Below are positions 48,487-61,255 of a stretch of 64,000 nt of DNA, piece after piece. The notes beneath the pieces are model-generated. The model saw nothing but the letters and a program-made list of their open reading frames with translations. It searched no databases and was not told the origin of the DNA. Origin of the DNA: Malacoraja senta. Its lineage: Eukaryota. Position 1 is the stretch's first letter. Every line of letters starts with the position of its first letter. The stretch spans positions 21,020,001 to 21,084,000 of the forward strand of contig CM075988.1 of the NCBI GenBank assembly GCA_038087875.1, read 5' to 3'. A program made the position numbers and the translations under genes.

Positions 48487-51034
48487 GGAATTTTTTTTCG
48501 AGCTAAGCGTAAAAAACGTTGCCACTTCTGCATTGTCGCCTTAATATGATTGAATCAACTCTTCTAAAGCTTAATATTCTTTATAACACCGCTATCTGAT
48601 GCCTTCCAGTTGCTTTGAAATTGCACACTTTTCCAGGACATGAACAGCCAAAGATAACAATGCAATGGTTCGTGATACGTAATGCTAATGGCCCAAAGCT
48701 GTCTACACACGGAATTTTTTTAAACTCTTTTCGGGAATGCACTCTGAAGGACAGCCCATTATGTACGGCTCTACGCTTCTCAAACTTGACAGTTATGGAT
48801 TTGTAAATTTGTTAGCTTTTAACTTTAATTGTGCACCCTTGAATACTTCAACCCAGTTGCTTTAAAGTAGGAAGAAAACACACCAGGTGCTGATATTGCT
48901 GGTGCTGTGTGGTTGTCTTTGTAGAGTCATGGAGTCGTCCAGCAAGGGTCAGGCCATTCGGCCCAACTCATCCATGCCGAGCAAGATGCCATGTTATATT
49001 GAAGGTAGACAAAAAAAGCTGGAGTAACTCAGCGGGACAGGCAGCATCTCTGGAGAGAAGGAATGGGTGACGTTTCGGGTCAAGACCCTTCTTCAGATTA
49101 GACAATTGAAACTGGGTTGTTGCATGCTAATTAAGTGCATGGCATAGTTAAGTCATGAGATCTGGATAACGCGGACAGCGCAGAACGAGAAGCGTGTGGA
49201 AGCCATCTTAATAGTTGGAACATTAAAGAAGAACTACAACGCAAAACGATGTCTCCATTCTTTATCTTGAAGATAGACTTCAAAGCAGAACATGCCCCAT
49301 CTACACTAGTCCGCCCCGCCAACGTTTGGCCCATATCCCTCTAAATGTTTCCTATCCATGTAACTGTCCAAATGTCTTTTCTTTCTGTTATAGTACCTGC
49401 CTAAACCAGCTCCTCTGTCAACTCGTTCCATACACCCATGACCCTTTGTGTAAAAACAATTACCCTCTCAGGTCCCTATTCAATCTTTCCCCCCCTCACC
49501 TTAAACCTGTGTCCTCTGGCTCTCGATTCCCCTACTCTGGGCAAGAGACTTTGTGCGTTTACCCAATTTCTTCCCCTTGCTGTTTTGTACACTTCCATAA
49601 GATCACCCCTCATCCTCCTTCGCACCAAGGAATAGAGTCCTGGCACAGCTCAACCGGGCCCTATACCCCAGAGTGTTGATGTTCCGTGTAAGAGAATAGA
49701 CCACTGTGCTGAAAGACGTCATTAAAGAGCAGTGACATTTACAGGACTGCAAGAAACGTTGAACCAACATGGTGATCAGTCTTCGAGTGAAGCTTCCAAC
49801 AAAACAATCTACGGGTTGTTAAATGAGATGAATTATCTCAACCATAATGTATGTAAAATAGAGTGCTGAGTAGGTTCTGGATGAATAATAGGTTTGGAAA
49901 TAAAAAGAGCATCACTGTTTACATTATATTTAAGAACCCCAGGATGGTAATGCTCAAAACCATAAAAGTATTTGATGTGTGAAGTTCATTCTCAGAATTG
50001 CAGGAACTACTTTTGTGATCAGATGACTTCTGCAGCCCAGACCTTCTCTGTGAGACTCTGCATTGTAATTGCCAGTGGAAGCATTGTCCAGTGGATCTTA
50101 CCTCTGTTCCATCCAAGACTGCAAGAAATTGCAGAGAGTTGTGGACGTAGCCCAGACCGTCGCCCAAACTGACCTCCCTCCCATTGACTCCATCGACACT
50201 TCACGCTGCAGAGGCAACAACCTGGCTGCTCAACACCCGGCTTGAGGTCTAACTATTCCTTTGGTTTATGTTTCATTCGCACGAAGAAGAAGGAGCTGCC
50301 TCGGGAAGCCGCCAGCACAAATCAAGGACCAGTCTCTCCCCCGGTCACTCCCTCTTCTCCCCTCTCCCATCAGGCAAGAGGTACAGGTTTGAAAATGCAC
50401 ACCTCCAGATTCAGGGACAGTTTCATCCCAGCTGTTATCAGGCAACTGAACCGTCCTCTCATGAGCTGAATTGCAGTCCTGACCTCCCATCCACCTCAAT
50501 GGAGACCCTTGAATTATCTTCACTCACACTGTATCGGACTAGCTTAGCTGGGACATCTTGGTTGACATGGACGGTTTGGGCCGAAGGGCCTGTTTCTGTA
50601 CTGTATGACTCTTTGACCAGAGACAGGTATGGGCCACTTGGGCTCTTGTGTCTGCTTTGCAGTCCAGTATGACCATGGCCCATACTTGACCATTTTCTTC
50701 CTGCACAAACCCTATTTTCCTTCCTTGTCTTCAAAGGAAGAGCTATTGATTTCTGACAGTTGCCACAGACTGTTCTGGTGGGCAAAGATGTGGGGGCTAA
50801 CAAAAGTATCTGACATTTAGAGATATAGGTCAGAAAGGATAGGAGTAGAATTAGGCCATTCGGCCCTTCAAGTCTACTCCGCCATTAAATCATGACTGAT
50901 CTATCTCTCCCTCCTAACCCCATTCTCCTACCTTCTCCCCGTAACCACTGACACCCGTACTAATCGAAAATCTATCTATCTCTGCCTTAAATATATCCGC
51001 TGATTACACTTATACAAGTATACTTATACAAAAG

Positions 51035-51218
51035 GTAGACAAAAGTGCTGGAGAACCTCAGCGTGTGCAGCAGCATCTATGGAGCGAAGGAAATAGGCAA
51101 CGTTTTGGGCCGAAACCGTTGCCTATTTCCTTCGCTCCATAGATGCTGCTGCGCCCGCTGAGTTTCTCCAGCAATTTTGTCTACCTTCGATTTTCCAGCA
51201 TCTGCAGTTCCTTCTTAA
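51035..51218. mobile_element. Penelope-derived foldback element with 15-bp TSD
   Basis: ATACTTATACAAAAG at 51020-51034 and 51219-51233. Confidence 0.8.
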
Positions 51219-52247
51219 ATACTTATACAAAAGTATTTCTAAGTCTAGAGGGCTTGGGTTGCCATAACATCTGTCTCTGGAACTGATGCGCTACAATGCT
51301 GAGAACTATATTCTGCACTCTGTATCTTCCCCTTTGCTCTACCTATTGTTCTTGAGTTTGACCTGATTATATTAATGTACGGTCTATCCGATTTGTTTGG
51401 ATAGCATTGCAAAACAAAGCTTTTCTCTTCACTTCAGTACACGGGACAATAATAAACCTGAATCCAACAATGGAAGAAGGTGGCACGGTGGCTCAGCAGT
51501 AGAGTTGCTGCCTTACAGCGCCAGCAACCCGGGTTCGATCCTGACTACGGGTGCTTGTCTGTACGTGATCTGCGTGGGTTTTCTCCCATTGTCATAGAGT
51601 CATAGAGTGATACAGTGTTGAAACAGGCCCTTCGGCCCAACTTGCCCACACCGGCCAACATGTCCCAGCTACACTAGTCCCACCTGCCTGCACTTGATCC
51701 ATATCCCTCCAAACTTGTCCTATCCATGTACCTGTCTAACCGTTTCTTAAACATTGGGATAGTCCCAGCCTCAACTACCTCCTCTGGCAGCTCGTTCTAC
51801 CGGTTTCGTCACACACAAGACGTGCAGGTTTATAGGTTAATTGGCTTTGACAAAATTACAAATTGTCCCTAGTGTGTGTAGGATGGTGTTAGTGTGTAGG
51901 TACAGGGTGATTATTTAACATGAGTCCTGATTCAAGAGTTACCAGTTTAATTGTCACAATGTTTTTGTTTAGTTTAGAGATACAGTGCTGAAACAGGCCC
52001 TTCGGCCCACCGAGTCCATGCTGACCTGCGATCCCAACACACCAACACCATCTTACACACACTAGGGAGAATTTACAATTTTACCAAAGCCAATTATTTT
52101 TTTTTTAAACTGGCACTAGTCTGGTTGTTCTCCATACTATGGTAACATGGCCATAGTCTGCTTTTCTTAGAATAATGGATATCTTATTGTACATTCATTT
52201 TTTTGTTGTTGCATCTAATGCACCTGTCAAGTAAGAATCTCACTCTT

Positions 52248-52529
52248 GCGGCACGGTAGCGCAGCGGTAGAGTTGCTGCCTCACCCGGGTTTGATCCTGA
52301 CTACGGGTGCTGTCTGTACGGAGTTTGTACCTCATCCCTGTGTCCGCATTGGTTTTCTCCGGGTGCTCTGGTTTCCTTCCACACTCCAAAGACGTACAAG
52401 TTTGTAGGTTTATTTGGCTTTGGTAAAAATTGCCCCTATTGTGTAGGCTAGTGATGATGTAAGGGGTCAGTATGGACTCGGTGGGCCGAAGGGCCTGTTT
52501 CCTCGCTGTATATCTAAACTAAACTAAAA
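52248..52529 (+). mobile_element. HE1-type SINE (paralogous copy at 55264-55560; others at about 53185-53402 -, 63115-63414 +)
   Basis: SINE head, core and tail. Confidence 0.85.
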
Positions 52530-53684
52530 CCCCAGTCTGAGACAGCCTGCAGTAACCCAGCTGCCCTCTCTGTGGCAGTATCGAGTCAGCACTGCCTTGC
52601 TTAAAGAGCAGCAACTGTGATCATCCATTTTGTCCGCAGCTACACTTCATCTCTAGCTGTTCCCACTCAAACTGGTTTGCACAGAGCCTTGAGGAGAAGC
52701 GAGAGACTTGCTCCATCAGTTGTTGCCTTTGCAATCCAAAGCAAGATACTGTGGGTGTCCAGCATTTTGTGTGTATCTTCTTCGGTATAAACCAGCATCT
52801 GCAGGTCCTTCCCACACTATTTATCTTCCTTATTCGATTCATCAATGCAGTTTGACAATGGACAGTCACTTGAAGCAGTGCTACCAATTTCCATATTTCA
52901 GCCTCAATAAAATTGAAGATTAGGTTTAAGTTTAGTTTTATTAATGTCGGGGGCGTTGAAACCACTTGTTTGAGAAAGAACTGCAGATGCTGGTAAAATC
53001 GAAGGTAGACACAAAATGCTGGAGAAACTCACCGGGTGAGGCAGCATCTGTGGAGAGAAAGAATTGGCGACGTTTCGGGTCAAGAGCCTTCTTCAGTCTG
53101 ACAAAAAAGGGTCTCGACCCGAAACGGGGCCAATTCCTTCTCTCCGCAAACGTTTCTCCAGCATTTTGTGTCTACCCGTATGCTTGTTCTATGTTATCGC
53201 TACACACTAGGGTAAATTTACAGAAGCCAATTAACCTACAAACCTGCACGTCTTCGGAGGGTGAGAGGAAACCGGAGCACCCGGAGAAAACCCACCCGGT
53301 TTAACGGGAGAATGTACAAACTCCGTACAGACAGCACCCGTGGTCGGGATTGAACCGGTGTCTCCGGGGCTGGGAGGCAGCAACCCTGCCACTGTGCACC
53401 CCTGAAATGAGTGTAGAAGTAATACAAATGGGTGGTTAATAATTGTTGTGGAGTCTGAGGCCAAAGGGCCTACTTCCGTGCTGTGTGGACTTGCCTGATG
53501 TGTGGGGGGAACCAGCCAACATTGCCCTGTCGTTTGCACAGTGGACCACTGTGCGCTTTGCAACTTCCACAGCAGACGTTTGGGTGACTCCCAGGACTAC
53601 TTTAATGCCGCAGAAAGGTAGCGAAGAAATCTCCAGTCTTCAAGAAATCTCCAGTCTTCCAGAAATCTCCGAAATCTCCAGTCT

Positions 53685-54350
53685 TAGACAATAGACAATA
53701 GGTGCAGGAGTAGGCCATTTGGCCCTTCGAGCCAGCACCGCCATTCAATGTGATCATGGCCGATCATCCCCAATCAGTACCCCGTTCCTGCCTTCTCCCC
53801 ATATCCCCTGACTCCGCTATCTTTAAGAGCCCTATCTAGCTCTCTCTTGAAAGTATCCAGAGAACCGGCCTCCACCGCCCTCTGAGGCAGAGAATTCCAC
53901 AGACTCCATTCTAAATGGCTTACTCCTTATTCTTAAACTGTGGCCCCTGGTTCTGGACTCCCCCAACATCGGCAACATGTTTCCTGCCTCTAGAGTGTCC
54001 AAGCCCTTAACAATCTTATATGTTTCAATGAGATAGCCTCTCATCCTTCTAAACTCCAGAGTGTACAAGCCCAGCCGCTCCATTCTCTCAGCATATGACA
54101 GTCCCGCCATCCCGGGAATTAACCTTGTAAACCTACGCTGCATTCCCTCAATAGTTCTTCCTCAAATTCGGGGACCAAAACTGCACACAATACTCCAGGT
54201 GTGGTCTCACTAGGGCTCTGTACAACTGCAGAAGGACCTCTTTGCTGCTATATTCGATTCCTCTTGTTATAAAGGCCAAACCTCTTCTGCCATTGTCTTC
54301 CCTGACATTCGCTTTCTTCACTGCCTGCTGTACCTGCATGCTTACTTTCA
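53685..54350 (-). mobile_element. CR1/HER1-type LINE 3' fragment
   Basis: RT C-terminal motifs, small deletions, (gacaata)n tail. Confidence 0.9.
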
Positions 54351-56120
54351 TAGACGGTGTTGCTTTGCGGTGTTGCTTTGTGCAATGCCCAGATTGAGGG
54401 CCTTGACTCAATGTCAGAAGGCTGACGTACTCTTGGAACGAGTTACACCCCAGGTAACAGTTGTTGAAACATTATTAATATGTAATATGCTGCACTTCAG
54501 ATGCTCGTCAGATTTTGTACAAAGGCGGCAGATTATTCCAAAAGCCTTTTCAGAAGTCATGCTTAATTTATGTCGTAAAGGGAAAGGAAGACAATGGCAG
54601 AAGAGGTTTGGCAATTACTAACAACTGCTGAGGAACATTGTAGCCTGTGTCAGGATGCATCTCCCTCTGTCTCATAGACACTCTTTGGAGTAAATTGAGA
54701 ACCATTTTCTGAGATTTTCAGAACCATGAGTACATGAGAATGCAACTCTTTTAGATGTCAGAATTATTTTGGCGTTAAACATCAACAATAATGTTATTTT
54801 CTGTTCTTTATTACTCTGCACGCATTTGCTGTGACATCTATTGAAAATGAGTCCATTTATTTTTCAAATGATTTATTTATCAATTTGCAAGAGTCACTTG
54901 AAAACTGTGTAGGAAACGTGGAAGAGGTTATTGAGTTTGTTTGTTTTGTTTAACACCAGTCCTGATTCGAGTCACCAGTTTAATTGTCACCATTTTTTCA
55001 TTTAACTTGGAGATACAGGCCCTTCGGCCCATCGAGTCCGTGCCCACCAGCGATCCCCACACACCAACACCATCCTACACAATTTACAATTTTACCAAAG
55101 CCAATTATTTTTTTTTAAAAACCTGGCACTTGTCTGGTTGTTCTCCATGCTTTGGTTTTAGCACGACTGTAGTCTGCTTTTCTTAGAATAATAGATATTT
55201 TATTGCACATTGTTTTTTTGTTGTTGCATCTAATATACCTGTCAAGTAAGAATCTCACTCTAACGGCACGGTGGCGCAGCGGTAGAGTTGCTGCCTCACA
55301 ACTCCAGAGACCCGGGTTTGATCCTGACTATGGGTCCTGTCTGTAAGGAGTTTGTACCTTCTCCCTGTGACTGCATAGGTTTTCTCCGGTGCTCCAGTTT
55401 CCTCCCACACTCCAAAGGCGTCCAAGATTGTTGGTCAAATTGGCTTCGGTAAAAATTGCCCCGATTGTGTGGGATATTGCTAGTCTACGGGGTGTTCGCT
55501 GGTCGGCGCTGGCTCGGTGGGCCGAAGGGCCTGTTTCCGCACTGCATCTCTAAAGTAAAGTTTGAAAGGTTCCTATCCAGTGCGTATGTCTTTTGGACTC
55601 CCTCGAATCTGCTCCTCACCTGTAGCCAGCCAAATTGGTGAGATTAGCAATCACACAGGGTGCCAAAGATTATCACTGTCGGAAGCACCATTTCCTCACA
55701 TATTAAGATTTTAGAAATCATATTTCTTACAAATTTGTGTGCGACATGTTGCTTGTGTTGGCTGCTTAATAATGCAGTGAGGTTGTTCAGGGTGCAGTTC
55801 ATCGTCAGAATATTTTAGATCTTGGATCGGTAAGGCCGGGGCGATGTTTACTTGCTTCAGGACAACAGTATGTTGAGTTGTTGCTCACATAATAATTTAG
55901 TTTAGTTTAGTTTAGAGATACAGCGCGGAAACAGGCCCTTCGGCCCACCGAGTCCGCACCGACCAGCGATCCCCGCACATTAACACTACCCTACACGCAC
56001 TGGGGACAATTTATATTTACATCAAACCAATTAACCTACAAACCTGAAGGTCTTTGGAGTGTGGGAGGAAACCGAAGATCTCAGAGAAAACCCACGCAGG
56101 TCACGGGGAGAACGTACAGA

Positions 56121-56521
56121 CCAAAGATCCTATAGCGAGCAAGATAGTCCACTCGACGGAAAAGACGTAGTACGGTCATGGGTAGATTCATGGGTAATTT
56201 TCGGCCCCATTTCCGTAACAGGCTTCCGTCTCCGCACCAAAGATCCCATAGGATACTAGTGCGGAGAAGGAAGCCGGTTACGGAAACATCCTCGTAAAAA
56301 TAAAAGTTATTTGGGAAAAATCTTCTCCTCATTTTCAGAATTATAATTTATTAACACAAACTGTTCCCCCGCAACGTTGATTACACTGCGAGTCAGGTCG
56401 GGTCGAGTCGGGTTACTGATATGGATGAAAAAAAGGCCCACGTTCCGCTCCGTTGCGTACTACACGTCAGCCCATTGCATTTAGCAGGAGTGGTCTATCT
56501 TGCTTGCTATAGGATCTATGG
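56121..56521. mobile_element. Unclassified non-autonomous TIR DNA element inserted in a minus-strand SINE (55896-56611)
   Basis: About 34-bp TIRs CCAAAGATCCTATAGCGAGCAAGATAGTCCACTC / GAGTGGTCTATCTTGCTTGCTATAGGATCTATGG; 6-bp flanks TACAGA/TGCAGA. Confidence 0.85.
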
Positions 56522-57384
56522 TGCAGACAAGCATCAGGATCGAACCCGAGTCTCTCTGGCGCTGTTATCGCTGTAAGGCAGCAACTCTACCGCTGCACCA
56601 CCGTGCCGCCCATGTAGAATAAATGGCACAAACGGCAGCACGTACTCCGGCCTAACCTAGCCATTCGGAAGAGATCTCCCTGTAGCTAAGATAGATGCAA
56701 AATGCCGGAGTAATTCAGCGGGACAGGCAGCATCTCTGGACGAGAAGGAACTGGGTGATGTTTCGGGTCGAAGACCCTTCTTCAGACTATTTAGGGAACT
56801 AGGGAAAAACTAGTTCCTAACTAGTCCGAAGAAGGGTCTTGACCCGAAACATCACCCGTTCCTTCTGTCCAGAGATGCTGCCTGTCCAGCTGAGTTACTC
56901 CAGCATTTTGTGTCTAACTTTGGTGTAAACCAGCATCTGCAGTTCTTTCCTGCACATTGTCCCTGCAGCTATTTCAGATCGCAGTCCACACAATAATGGC
57001 GTTGGTATTGGCATCTGAGGGGAAAAAAGATGTTTAATCAAAATTTGCCAGGGTGTGAGATTGTGGAATTTATCCGCACACAAAAGAAAACCCTATTTGT
57101 TGTTGCGAAGGGTCGGTAGTGGAGGAACATGCAGCGTTTGAAGCAGGGAGCATGCTGTGCAGTGAGATTAGGCCCAGCCAGATAGAACAGATGGTAGTAG
57201 GTGTTTATTCAGCTCAAATCTTTCGGGATCGATGCTAATCACGACTTAACCCTTTCAATATTGGCTGGCGTGCATCTTTCCAAACAAATCACATCAAATG
57301 TTTGAGACTGCACTTCTCTCCGTAAAAATATCCAACCCTGCGCATTGTGTCAATTTGAATTCTACCACCAAGAATGCGATGTAT

Positions 57385-57613
57385 TGGCCAAGCTGGCCAT
57401 CCGCGAGTCACGGCGCCAGGCAGTAGAGGGCTTTGCCCGAGCCAGATGCTTGCCCCTTTACTGGGGTTGTGTTGCAGTTATTAGAATATAGTTATTAGAA
57501 AATAGTTATATGATGATTTTGTAACATGGTGGTGGGTATGTCACCACGGTTTTGGTTCTTTGGGTTTTTGTACCGTGTTGTAATTAAATAAATTATTTTT
57601 TGATACAAAAAAA
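57385..57613 (+). mobile_element. Tx1-like 3' end, second copy (no minisatellite expansion)
   Basis: Homologous to 26175-27544; AATAAA plus poly(A); 15-bp TSD AAGAATGCGATGTAT at 57370-57384 and 57614-57628. Confidence 0.85.
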
Positions 57614-57756
57614 AAGAATGCGATGTATAAAACCTCTGCAGGCCTGAGCACCATTTTGATGCCTTCCCTGTGCAGTTCCTAGTCTTTCCATTTACAATGG
57701 ATTCTATCAGGAGTTACAGCGTACATTGCCTTTTTTGCAGTTTAACTTGTGCTTCT

Positions 57757-58525
57757 TAGAAACATAGAAACATAGAAATTAGGTGCAGGAGTAGGCCATT
57801 CGGCCCTTCGAGCCTGCACCGCCATTCAATATGATCATGGCTGATCATCCAACTCAGTATCCCGTACCTGCCTTCTCTCCATACCCTCTGATCCCTTTAG
57901 CCACAAGGGCCACATCTAACTCCCTCTTAAATATAGCCAATGAACTGGCCTCGACTACCCTCTGTGGCAGAGAGTTCCAGAGATTCACCACTCTCTGTGT
58001 GAAAAAAGTTTTTCTCATCTCGGTTTTAAAGGATTTCCCCTTATCCTTAAGCTGTGACCCCTTGTCCTGGACTTCCCCAACATCGGGAGCAATCTTCCTG
58101 CATCTAGCCTGTCCAACCCCTTAAGAATTTTGTAAGTTTCTATAAGATCCCCTCTCAATCTCCTAAATTCTAGAGAGTATAAACCAAGTCTATCCAGTCT
58201 TTCTTCATATGAAAGTCCTGACATCCCAGGAATCAGTCTGGTGAACCTTCTCTGCACTCCCTCTATGGCAATAATGTCCTTCCTCAGATTTGGAGACCAA
58301 AACTGTACGCAATACTCCAGGTGTGGTCTCACCAAGACCCTGTACAATTGCAGTAGAACCTCCCTGCTCCTATACTCAAATCCTTTTGCTATGAAAGCTA
58401 ACATACCATTCGCTTTCTTCACTGCCTGCTGCACCTGCATGCCTACTTTCAATGACTGGTGTACCATGACACCCAGGTCTCGCTGCATCTTCCCTTTTCC
58501 TAGTCGGCCACCATTTAGATAATAT
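57757..58525 (-). mobile_element. CR1/HER1-type LINE, 5'-truncated, young
   Basis: ORF 58015-58554 carries RT C-terminal motifs. Confidence 0.93.
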
Positions 58526-60389
58526 TCTTCTGTTAGATTTTTCACAGGAAGCAATTAGTGAGTTTGTTACAGGTGCGGGAAAAGGGCCAGGCCACACCTG
58601 GACACTAATAAGTTGACACTGATGGCAGAATCCCATTGGAGACCTGCGGATTATATTTGGACAGGTAGCTCTTGCACCCCCTCTCCACCACCCCCCACCC
58701 ACCCACCCCCCCGACCCATCTCACCCCAATCGTCCTGCTGAGTTTCACTGTTTGTATTACTCGTCACCCACATGGTCACTGAGAGAATGTGCAAACTCCA
58801 CACAGACAGCATCCAGGTGTCTGGCGCTGCAAGGTATCTGTTCTACCCGCGGCGCAACTGTGCTGCCCAGGGCGTTTAGTGAACTCGGCCATCTTTCATA
58901 CAACGTTTTGCCTCTGTGCACATTAGTTGGAGGTACTGATGTGAAATGTGATGAGACCCTTCTTCAGAATATTGGCTGCGCTGCCCGACCTGCTGAGTAA
59001 TTCCACCGTTTTCCAAAAAGACCCACAGCACGGAAACAGGCCCTTCGGCCCACTGAGTCTGTGCTGACCAGCACGCACCCATTTAGACCCGGGTCCTGAA
59101 CCGAAACATCATCTAGCCACCTTCTCCAGAGGTGCTGCCTGACCCGCTGAGTTACTCCGGCATATTGTGTCTTTATGTGTTATAAACCAGCATCTGCAGT
59201 TCCTCTTTATTACCCATTTCTTCTCCCCATCACCTGTGCACTGGAGACACGTTATAGTGGCTAGTTAATTTACCAACATCATTAACCAATGATGCCTATT
59301 TAATTTAGGCAAATCTACCAGTGGTGACAGGGAGAACATGCAAACTCCACACAGACAGCACCCGAGGTCAGGATTGAACCTGGGTCCCAGGAGCTGAGAG
59401 GCAGCAGCTCTACCAGCTGTGCCACCTGCATTGCTTTCTGATTTCCACCATCTGCAGTGTTTTGTAAAACTGATGTCTGGAATTGGTTCAATGATATTGA
59501 GCAGCTTTATAGAAAATCTCATGAGGGCCAAATTGTTCACAACGAGGGCAGTAATGTGGAGGATTCTTCTTTGAAGTCGATATTGAACTTTCTTTTGTAA
59601 GGATGTTCAATTAAAATGTGTAGAGAGGAACTGCAGATGCTGCTTTACACCATAGATAGACACAAAAAGCTGGAGTAACAGCAGGACAGGCAGCATCTCT
59701 GGAGAGAAGGAATGGGCGATGTTCTGAACAAGGGTCTCGCCCTCAGTCAGTTCAATTAAAATGACTGTTTCGATATTCCGTTTGCTCTTTCAAAGTAATG
59801 TAAAGGTTTCGTTCATTAGTTCAAGGCAAGCGTTAGAGGTGACTTCAGTGCCTTTAGCAAAACACAAAGTGCTGGAGTTACTCAGCGGGTCAGGCAGCAT
59901 CTGTGGAGGGAATAGACAGGCAGTGTTTCGGGTCGGGAACCTTCGGGCTGATCCAGGTGCACACCTGCTTTTTATATGGAAGAACCAGACAGATTGGACC
60001 AGGATCAAAGATAGACACAAAATGCTGGAGTAACTCAGCGGGACAGGCAGCATCTCTGGAGAGAAGGAATGGGTGACGTTTCGTGTCGAGACCCTACTTC
60101 AGACTGAGTCTGAAGCCCTTTTCTCCAGAGATGCAGCTTGTCTCACTGAGTTACTCCAGCATTTTGTGTCTATCTTTGGTTTAAACCAGCATCTGCAGTT
60201 CCTTCCTGCACATTGGACCAGGACCAGATTGTAACCATGTGTTTCTGCTGACTGGTTAGCATGCAATAAAAACGTTTCACTGTACCTCGGTACACATGAC
60301 AATGAGTTAAACCGATAATTTTGCTCTTGTGGGATCTTGCTGGCCACCCGATGGGAGCTGAGGGAAGGAATCACCTTGCGTTCAGTTAA

Positions 60390-60835
60390 AGGGCCAGTCT
60401 TAGTCACGTGTGTGACCAAAAACGTAAAAATTGCGGAATGCATCTCTTCTAATTCTGAAAGCATTACAGGTATATTGTTTCGTACTGTATATAGGATTAT
60501 TTTTTTTTTCCGAAGTGTATCAAGTGAAATTTTTATGTTAGCCTGACAGTGTTTGCTTAGGGCCAGAGGTCAAACGCAACTGGCCACGTGTGTGACCTCA
60601 TACAGAAGCGTTTTTTTTTCCGTAACTCAGTTTTATCTTACACAAACTCTGAGTATTTTAATAAAAAGCTAGAATGTTCATAACTTTAGCAGATATGCAT
60701 TATGGTTCTGTAGCTAGGAAAATAGCAACGAATAAGATTAATCTCTTACAATATATTTTTTTAATGTGTCTCTTTATGTGATGACATCTGGTCACGTGTG
60801 CAACATTTTGGTTCACTTTCCAAAAGAATGGCCCC
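60390..60835. mobile_element. Kolobok-like non-autonomous DNA transposon
   Basis: TTAA|AGGGCCAGTCTT ... AAGAATGGCCCC|TAAA: short AGG-starting TIRs, TTAA-like TSD, internal CACGTG motifs. Confidence 0.6.
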
Positions 60836-61255
60836 TAAAAGTAGATCGACAGTTGAGAGAAAACAAACCGATTAAAATCCTTCCTGATGAGACGGGACCT
60901 CTGAAATGCAAGAGGTTGTGTTTGCGATGAAGGCCGTGGAAGGTGATGTGGAATTGCTCTGGTCTGCTGCCTTTAACATATTCAAGATTAGAACTCCAAT
61001 TCTGTGTGGTTGACTTCTTTCATCTTCCTGGGTTGTTCCGTATGGGAGGAATATAAATCAAGGAGATGGTGTGTCGCCCTGCGCTCTTTGAAAGATGTGG
61101 CCGTACAAGTAATGTCTCCTGTGGATGGTTGAGCCCACTGTCGACTGAACCTGGGCCTTGAGTCACCGCTCAGCTTTAGTCCATCACTTCACTGTCCCCG
61201 TCTGCCAAAATAACTCGTCCATCTCTGAGGGAATGATCCCAGGCACAATTCAAGG

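Noticed and set aside
49745..49869. LQETLNQHGDQSSSEASNK as a dispanin loop
   Set aside because: Wrong splice phase and no TM helix
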